Positions 57,820 through 64,000 of a DNA stretch of 64,000 nucleotides are shown piece after piece (within the stretch, counting starts at the first letter, position 1; each line of letters starts with the position of its first letter). Position numbers and translations under genes: made by a program. The stretch is from an uncultured delta proteobacterium (GTDB lineage Bacteria; Desulfobacterota; Binatia; Binatales; Binataceae): NCBI GenBank assembly GCA_963724765.1, contig CAVRVY010000001.1, forward strand, positions 672,001 through 736,000, in the 5' to 3' direction. The notes beneath the pieces were generated by a model. It did no database searches. It saw only the letters and a program-made list of their open reading frames with translations, and was not told the origin of the DNA.

Positions 57820-58446
57820 ATGCTTGAACTGGTTATCTTCGACGCCGACGGCGTGCTGTTCGAGTCGGCGGAGTCCAATGCAGCCTACTACAACGCGATT
57901 TTCGCCGAGATCGGCGAGCCGCCGCTCAATCCCGATGAGGAGCGCGCCGTCATTTTCATGGCCACGGCGCAGGTCTTCGAGTTGCGCGCGCGCGACGACG
58001 CGGCCAAGCTCGCGCGGATGCGCGAGATTGCGCGGACAATCGACTTCGCCCCGTTCTTTGCGCTGCTGCGCCCACCCTTCGAGCTGCGGCCGTTCCTGCT
58101 CGAATTGAAGCGCCGCTACCGCGTGGCGCTCGCGACCAACCGCTCGGCCACGACTCACGGACTGATCGAACACCTCGGCCTCGGCGGCGTGTTCGACGCG
58201 GTGGCGAGTGCACGCGACAAGGTCCGCCCCAAGCCCGCACCCGACATCGTGCGCCTGTGTCTGGAGCGCGCGGCCGTGGTCCCCGAGCGCGCGGTGTACG
58301 TCGGCGACAGTCAGATCGACGTCGAGGCGGCGAGCGGTGCGGGAGCGCATTTCCTCGGTGTCGGCGCGCGCGTCCTGCATCCGCATCGCGTGGCGAGTTT
58401 GGGTGAAGTGCCGGCCGCGCTGGAGCGGATGTTCAAGCGGCCGTAG
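57820..58446 (+). CDS. HAD-family hydrolase (phosphoglycolate phosphatase-like)
   Basis: 'FDADGVL', 'ATN', 'KPAPD', 'YVGDS..D'. Confidence 0.92.
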   Translation: MLELVIFDADGVLFESAESNAAYYNAIFAEIGEPPLNPDEERAVIFMATAQVFELRARDDAAKLARMREIARTIDFAPFFALLRPPFELRPFLLELKRRYRVALATNRSATTHGLIEHLGLGGVFDAVASARDKVRPKPAPDIVRLCLERAAVVPERAVYVGDSQIDVEAASGAGAHFLGVGARVLHPHRVASLGEVPAALERMFKRP

Positions 58447-58469
58447 CTGCTCGCGCGACTCCGCTCACC

Positions 58470-58500
58470 TACCCTCTCCCCCTGAAAGGGGGCGAGGGTA
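58470..58500. repeat. REP-like palindrome / bidirectional terminator between convergent genes
   Basis: TACCCTCTCCCCCT-GAA-AGGGGGCGAGGGTA, 13 of 14 bp paired. Confidence 0.7.
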
Positions 58501-58560
58501 TCGCGGAAACTCAGCGAGAAAACGTCTGCAACGAACGCCGGCGCAGAGGCTGCGCTGCAA

Positions 58561-59298
58561 CTAGATAGGCCGTGCCGGTCGGGCCGCCTCGGCCTCTGGC
58601 GATTCCGCCATCAGCGTTCGATAAAGCGATCCGCCCAGGATTGCGCCCGCGATGGGCGCTACCCAGAACAGCCACAGTTGCTGAACCGCCCATCCCCCCA
58701 CGAACAGCGCCGGCCCCGTGCTGCGCGCGGGATTAACCGAAGTGTTGGTCACCGGGATGCTGATCAGATGAATCAGCGTCAGCACCAATCCGATCGGAAT
58801 CGGTGCGAAGCCGGCCGGAACGCGCGGGTCGGTCGCTCCCATGATCACGAACAGGAACATCAGGGTCATCACGACCTCGCACACGAGCGCCGAGGGAAGG
58901 CTGTAGCCGCCCGGTGAGTGGGCGCCATAGCCGTTGGACGCGAAACCGCCGGCCAGGCTGAAGCCGGGTGCGCCGCTCGCGATGACGTAGAGCACGGCGG
59001 CGGCGAAGATTCCACCAAGCACCTGCGCGATCACGTAGGGCGCGAGTTCGCTACCCGGAAAGCGGCCGCCGGCCCACAATCCGAAGCTCACGGCGGGATT
59101 GATGTGGCATCCGGAGATGTGCCCGATAGCGTAAGCCATCGTTAGCAGCGTGAGACCGAAGGCCAGCGCCACTCCGGCGAAGCCGATTCCGAGATGAGGA
59201 AAGCCGGCGGCCAGCACCGCACTGCCGCATCCGCCCAAGACCAGCCAAAACGTTCCGATGAATTCTGCTCCAGCGCGCCGCGAGAGGCTCATGGCCAT
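58561..59298 (-). CDS. aqpZ: Aquaporin Z
   Basis: '[18 protein letters not shown]', 'SGCHINPAV', '[10 protein letters not shown]'. Confidence 0.97.
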   Translation of the reverse strand: MAMSLSRRAGAEFIGTFWLVLGGCGSAVLAAGFPHLGIGFAGVALAFGLTLLTMAYAIGHISGCHINPAVSFGLWAGGRFPGSELAPYVIAQVLGGIFAAAVLYVIASGAPGFSLAGGFASNGYGAHSPGGYSLPSALVCEVVMTLMFLFVIMGATDPRVPAGFAPIPIGLVLTLIHLISIPVTNTSVNPARSTGPALFVGGWAVQQLWLFWVAPIAGAILGGSLYRTLMAESPEAEAARPARPI

Positions 59299-59461
59299 AA
59301 GTGGTTCTCCTGCGATCTGACTTCAAGACGCAGCCTAGTTTCTTGGCAGGGTTATGTCTGCCGCTTATTTTTATCGGGCGGTTAACGCTTTAACCGACCT
59401 GATCGCCACTAAACACCGTGAAACTCAATGCGGCGTTTCATAACTGCGGACACTATTATGG

Positions 59462-61030
59462 CTATTGGATGATCATCTCGATCATTTTGGGGCCGGGCTC
59501 TTTGAGCGCGCGCTCCAGTTCTTGCGAAAGCGCCTCGGCCGTTTCGACGCGCACTCCCGGCACGCCCATTCCCTTGGCCAGCGCGACCCAGTCGAGATTC
59601 GGATTGCCCAGGCTGGTCAGCGAGCGTGCCTTGGGGCCGGGCTCCGTAACGCCGGCGCGCGCAAGCTCGACCTGCAAAATACGGTAGCGGCGGTTGTTGC
59701 ACAGAAGCGTCGTGACGTTCAGCCCCTCGCGCGCCTGCGTCCACAGCGCCTGCACGGTGTACATCGCACTGCCGTCGGCCTGGAACGAGATCACGCGGCG
59801 CTCTGGGCAGGCGACCGCTGCGCCGGTCGCGCATGGCAGGCCCTGGCCGATCGCGCCGCCTGTCAGCGCGAGGTAGGTATGCGCCGGCGCACTCGATGAA
59901 GCGCCGAAGAACGGCAATCCGGTGGTCGCCGCTTCGTCCATCACGATCGCGTGCTCGGGCATCAGGGCAGCGATCGCCGCGCCGATGGTCGTCGCATCGA
60001 GGGCGCCCGTCGGCCGCGCCGCCGCTTCCTTCGCAGCGGGCGCAGGCGTGCGCACTGGCACGGCTTTGGGCGCGCCGATAAGGTCGGCCAGCGCTTCGAG
60101 CGCGAGTGCGACGTCCTGTTCGAGCGTCGCCAGCGTGGTCACGGTTCGGCCCTCGGGAATCAGCACGCTCGGCGTATTGGGATAGCCGAAAAATGCGACC
60201 GGCGCGCGCGCGCCCGCCAGGATGACCGAACTGGATTTCGCGAACGCCTCGAGCGCCATCTCGGGAAAGTAGGGTAGCTTCTCCACCGGCGGCATCGCGC
60301 CGCCGCGCTCGACCCGCGCGGGAAACGTCTCGCACATCAGGCGGCATCCGCTCGCCGCGGCGATTCGCGCCGCAGCTTTGAGCCCGCGCTCGCGCACCGC
60401 CGGGCCGCCCATGAAGAGCACGACGCTGGCACCGTCGCGCCGCAGCATCTCGGCCGCCGCGCGCACGGCGCTATCCGGCGCTGCAGGCGGCGACACGGCG
60501 GGACGCGGCTGGGCTGGCGCGCCGGCCTCGCTCCATTGGCAATCGGAGGGAACGATAAGCGTGGAGGTATGGCCCGGCACACGCATCGCTTCGGCGATCG
60601 CCTCGGCCGTGTCGGCGGCGACCGCGCCCGCGCTCGCCGAGTGACGGACCCACGCGGAGACCGGGCGGGCGAGCGATTCGATATCGGACGTGAGCGGGGC
60701 GTCGGCCTTCAAATGCCAGGTCGCATGGTCGCCGATCACGTTGACGATCGGCGAGTGCGCGCGCCGCGCGTTGTGCAAGTTGGCGATCCCGTTGGCGAAA
60801 CCAGGTCCCAGATGGGTCAGCGTAAGCGCCGGCCGATCGGCCATCCGCGCGTAACCGTCGGCGGCGCCGGTGACGACGCCCTCGAACAGCGCCAGCACCG
60901 CGCGCATCCGATTGGCGCCGTCGAGCGCCGCGACCAGTGGCATTTCGGTCGTGCCCGGGTTGGCGAAGCAGACGTCGACTCCGCAATTAAGTGCGGTCAG
61001 GATCAGGCTCTCGGCTCCATTCATCTCCAT
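59462..61030 (-). CDS. TPP-binding acetolactate synthase large-subunit-like enzyme
   Basis: '[10 protein letters not shown]', 'GAADGYARM', 'LHNARRA', 'DGSAMYT.QALWT.ARE', 'NN..Y.IL'. Confidence 0.92.
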   Translation of the reverse strand: MEMNGAESLILTALNCGVDVCFANPGTTEMPLVAALDGANRMRAVLALFEGVVTGAADGYARMADRPALTLTHLGPGFANGIANLHNARRAHSPIVNVIGDHATWHLKADAPLTSDIESLARPVSAWVRHSASAGAVAADTAEAIAEAMRVPGHTSTLIVPSDCQWSEAGAPAQPRPAVSPPAAPDSAVRAAAEMLRRDGASVVLFMGGPAVRERGLKAAARIAAASGCRLMCETFPARVERGGAMPPVEKLPYFPEMALEAFAKSSSVILAGARAPVAFFGYPNTPSVLIPEGRTVTTLATLEQDVALALEALADLIGAPKAVPVRTPAPAAKEAAARPTGALDATTIGAAIAALMPEHAIVMDEAATTGLPFFGASSSAPAHTYLALTGGAIGQGLPCATGAAVACPERRVISFQADGSAMYTVQALWTQAREGLNVTTLLCNNRRYRILQVELARAGVTEPGPKARSLTSLGNPNLDWVALAKGMGVPGVRVETAEALSQELERALKEPGPKMIEMIIQ

Positions 61031-61076
61031 CAACTCCGCTTCGCTGTTACGTTTGGTCGCGGCCCGATGAATACCG

Positions 61077-62789
61077 TCAATGGCTGTTTTGCGAAACCGT
61101 GCGCATCACTTTGCCCGGCAGGCCGCCCTGGTATTCGTCATGCGCGAACAGAAGCTCGCCGCCGACGATCGTGTACTCGATTCCCTCGGAGCGCTCGATC
61201 AGCCGCGGCTCGCCGCCCGGCAGATCGTTGACCCACTCGGGCGCCAGCGGCTTTATCGTGGCCGGATCGAAGATCACGAGGTCCGCATCCATCCCCGGCG
61301 CGAGCCGCCCCTTGGTCCGCAGTTCGAGGAAGTCGGCCAGCTCCGAGGTCAGCCGCCGCACAGCTTCCTGCAGTGTCAGCACGCCGCGCCGATGCACCCA
61401 TTCGTGCAGCAGATAGGAGGTCAGGCCGGCATCGCAGTGCTGCGCGACGTGCGCCCCCGCGTCGCTAAGCCCGATCAGCGTGTTGGGCAGCTTGAGGATG
61501 CGGCTTACGATGTCGGGATTGACGTTGATCACCGAGAGCGTCACGCCCAGCTCCATTCGCTCATCGAGCGCGAGGTCGAGCAGCGCGTCGACGGGGTCCT
61601 TGCCGGTCGCGGCAGCTAGGTCGGCGACGCTCAGGTTGAGCGAGCGGCGGTTGTGCTGGTTTTCCACGCGCGCGATATGCACGCGATCCCATCGGCCGCG
61701 AAAAATCGCCTTGCCGCCGCCGTCTTTGATCTCGTTGCGAAACGCGGCGCGGAAATCCGCCGAGCCCACGAGCGCCATCTGCTCATCGGCGCCGCGGTTG
61801 AAAATTCCTTTCCACGAATCGAGCGCGGCAAAGATGAACGGCTCGCGCATCGTGTAGTACTGCTGGATCGGACGCGGCGTGACCTGCGGCAGAATCTTGA
61901 GCCCGCTTTGGACGAGCGGGGCAAGGCGCTCGACCGTGCGCTGATGCGCATCGGGCGGCGTGCCGGGCAGGTCGAGCAGCGCGAGCCAGGTCACCGGCCG
62001 CGTGCTCTCGCGCGCGAGCATGGTCAGCAAGTCGAGACCGCCCTCGTTGGGCACGCTGGTCGAGCCGCGGTTAGGCAGAATCTCGATAATGCCGCGGCCC
62101 AGCTCGCGCATCGCGCGGCAGAGCGCGCCGAGTTCCTCGTCGCTCGCCATCCGGCTCGCCAGCGGACGGGCCTGGAAGCCGATATGCTGCGGCGCGAGGC
62201 TCATCGAGAAGCCGGCCGCGCCGGCGCAGAGCGCCTCGCGATACAGACGCGCCATCTCGGCCGTCTCGGCCGCGGTCGCGGCGCGCTCGGCCGCCTCCTC
62301 ACCGATCACGTAAAAGCGCAACGCCGAGAGCGGCACCAGGAAGCCGACGTTGAGCGCGACGCCGCGCCGCTCGGTCGCCGCCATGTACTGCGGAAAGCTT
62401 TCCCAGTCCCACGCCACGCCGCGCATCAGCACGTCGTGCGGCAGCGCCTCGACGTTGACTAGGTCCCACGCCATCGTGGATTGCTGTCCGGGGCGGCACG
62501 GTGCGACGCCCACACCGCAATTGCCCATCAGCAGCGTGGTGACGCCGTGCCAGCACGAGCAGGTGAGCAGCGGGTCCCACGAAATCTGCGCGTCGTAATG
62601 CGTATGGATATCGATGAAGCCGGGCGCCAGCACCGCGCCGCCGGCGTCGATCTCGCGCCGCGCGGCGCCGCCGGTCTGCTCGCCGACCGCGGCGATTTTG
62701 CCATCCTTCACTGCGAGCGCGCCGTGGCGCACGGGCGCGCCGGTGCCGTCGCAGATGGTGGCGTTGCGGATCAGCAGGTCGTGGGCCAT
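61077..62789 (-). CDS. N-acyl-D-amino-acid deacylase family amidohydrolase
   Basis: '[15 protein letters not shown]', 'GNCGVG', 'SDAGAH', 'ADL..FDP'. Confidence 0.93.
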   Translation of the reverse strand: MAHDLLIRNATICDGTGAPVRHGALAVKDGKIAAVGEQTGGAARREIDAGGAVLAPGFIDIHTHYDAQISWDPLLTCSCWHGVTTLLMGNCGVGVAPCRPGQQSTMAWDLVNVEALPHDVLMRGVAWDWESFPQYMAATERRGVALNVGFLVPLSALRFYVIGEEAAERAATAAETAEMARLYREALCAGAAGFSMSLAPQHIGFQARPLASRMASDEELGALCRAMRELGRGIIEILPNRGSTSVPNEGGLDLLTMLARESTRPVTWLALLDLPGTPPDAHQRTVERLAPLVQSGLKILPQVTPRPIQQYYTMREPFIFAALDSWKGIFNRGADEQMALVGSADFRAAFRNEIKDGGGKAIFRGRWDRVHIARVENQHNRRSLNLSVADLAAATGKDPVDALLDLALDERMELGVTLSVINVNPDIVSRILKLPNTLIGLSDAGAHVAQHCDAGLTSYLLHEWVHRRGVLTLQEAVRRLTSELADFLELRTKGRLAPGMDADLVIFDPATIKPLAPEWVNDLPGGEPRLIERSEGIEYTIVGGELLFAHDEYQGGLPGKVMRTVSQNSH

Positions 62790-62981
62790 CGCGAGATCCT
62801 CCGGAGCGCGGAGGCGCACGAAAAACTCGGACGTGGGCGCGCGCGATTTTATCGATGCGCCCCGCGCCGCCCAAGCCATCGCGGGCCGCCGCGAACTCAG
62901 GTGAGCTTCGCGCCGGCTCTATGGAGTGTCAAGGCGCGTCTGGCGAACGAATTACCCGGGAATCAGAGGCGAGGTCGGGCG

Positions 62982-63016
62982 AGGAAGCGCCGGAGGTCTT
63001 TTCTCCGGCGCTTCCT
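62982..63016. terminator. Strong hairpin (terminator-like) downstream of the last gene
   Basis: AGGAAGCGCCGGAG-N7-CTCCGGCGCTTCCT, a perfect 14-bp stem. Confidence 0.6.
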
Positions 63017-63030
63017 TCCTTTAGTTTCTG

Positions 63031-63999
63031 TTAATGGGTTGGGCCAAAGATCATTTCAGCCGCGTACAGGGGCAGTCCAGTCAGGGTGATACGCGGCGTT
63101 GGAGAGCCGCTCGCGGTTAGCTGGACCGGGGCGTATTTGACCACATCACCAGACGTGTAATCGGATACCCATAGCCTGTTCGTCTCGTCAAATTGCAGTC
63201 CCCAGGGAGTGGGGCTGACCGAACCATCGTCTACAGTGATAACTACCGTCGCCGTAGGAGTACCTGAGGACGCAAGCTGAGTAGGAGTGAAATCGACCAC
63301 TGTTGAATTACCGGCATTCGCTACCCACAGATTGCCCGTATGGTCAAATGCTATTTGTCCCGGCGCATGGACGCTGGGACTGGTAATGATGACGTTGGGA
63401 ACCGGCGTCCCACCAGTAGTAAGCTGGCTGGCTGCGAATTCCACGATGTTGTTATTGCCTTCGCTCGAAATCCAGAGGTCGCCAGCTTTATCGAAAGTGG
63501 CAAAAGCGGGCGAGGCTAAATCAGTGCCGTCGGTGATTGTCACTGCGGGAGTGATGTCAGCGGTCCCAGCGGCCAACTGGGCAGGGGAAATCTCATGTAC
63601 AGCATTGTTCAGCGGATCAACGATCCAGAGATTTTTGTGCGCATCGAACACGCAACTGAGAATAAATCCAAAGGCAGAGCTCGTGATCGTCACAACTGGC
63701 TTCGGGTGGGGTTGTGCGACCAGATTATTCAGTTGTGCGGGGGTGAATTTCAGGAGGGTATTGTTAAGTGTGGTCACCCACAGGTCCCCAAAGGGATTGA
63801 ACGCGACGCCGGCCGCATTGGCTAAAGGCTCGGCACCCTCGACAATCTTCACCTGTTTAGCCGCGTGGCTCGTCAGCAACTGAGCGGGGCGCACCTCAAT
63901 TATCCCACCGACCGATCCAGTGACCCCGCTCTGTTGCGGGCTGGCCATCCAGATCGACGGACCTGTGGCGTGGACTGGTGACCACGCTCCGCCAATTGT
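63031..63999 (-). CDS. NHL/Vgb-like beta-propeller repeat secreted protein (5' end beyond the window)
   Basis: Repeats 'AFD..GNLWV.N..N.T...F..SQL..GTP.P.V.I'. The frame stays open past ATG 63948 to the window edge ('...SPVHATGPSIW'). Lower GC than flanks. Confidence 0.8.
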   Translation of the reverse strand, partial: TIGGAWSPVHATGPSIWMASPQQSGVTGSVGGIIEVRPAQLLTSHAAKQVKIVEGAEPLANAAGVAFNPFGDLWVTTLNNTLLKFTPAQLNNLVAQPHPKPVVTITSSAFGFILSCVFDAHKNLWIVDPLNNAVHEISPAQLAAGTADITPAVTITDGTDLASPAFATFDKAGDLWISSEGNNNIVEFAASQLTTGGTPVPNVIITSPSVHAPGQIAFDHTGNLWVANAGNSTVVDFTPTQLASSGTPTATVVITVDDGSVSPTPWGLQFDETNRLWVSDYTSGDVVKYAPVQLTASGSPTPRITLTGLPLYAAEMIFGPTH

Positions 64000-64000
64000 A

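Overview
High-GC (roughly 65%, estimated by eye) bacterial chromosomal window. Gene content and style suggest a deltaproteobacteria-like soil organism, possibly Ca. Binatota (inference, not verified). It opens with the end of an integrative element (DUF2924 protein + large serine recombinase) abutting the 3' end of a tRNA-Ser(GCT). The rest is mostly core and metabolic genes: a hybrid PAS histidine kinase, M20 peptidase, BamD with an AMIN-like tail, trmB, a partial homoprotocatechuate cluster (hpaE-hpaD-DapA-like-hpaB), ADP-forming acyl-CoA ligase, msrB, efp, rsfS-nadD-proA-proB-obgE-rpmA-rplU, sufT and aqpZ. Orphan secreted repeat proteins are scattered through it (Kelch, beta-helix, thaumatin-like, NHL-like). 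The best candidate for an undescribed system is at 31064-36205. Two paralogous tiny desulforedoxin-like CxxC..CC genes (39 and 47 aa, both missed by the ORF track) bracket an amidohydrolase / crotonase / acyl-AMP ligase / degenerate crotonase operon, directly downstream of ygfZ. Other notable signals: a Cys-rich thaumatin-like lipoprotein, an EF-P with a PGNW loop, a CX7CX2C radical SAM, a sigma54-type promoter driving an unknown protein, REP-like palindromes and a frameshifted methyltransferase. All functional calls come from motifs read by eye; no database searches were run.
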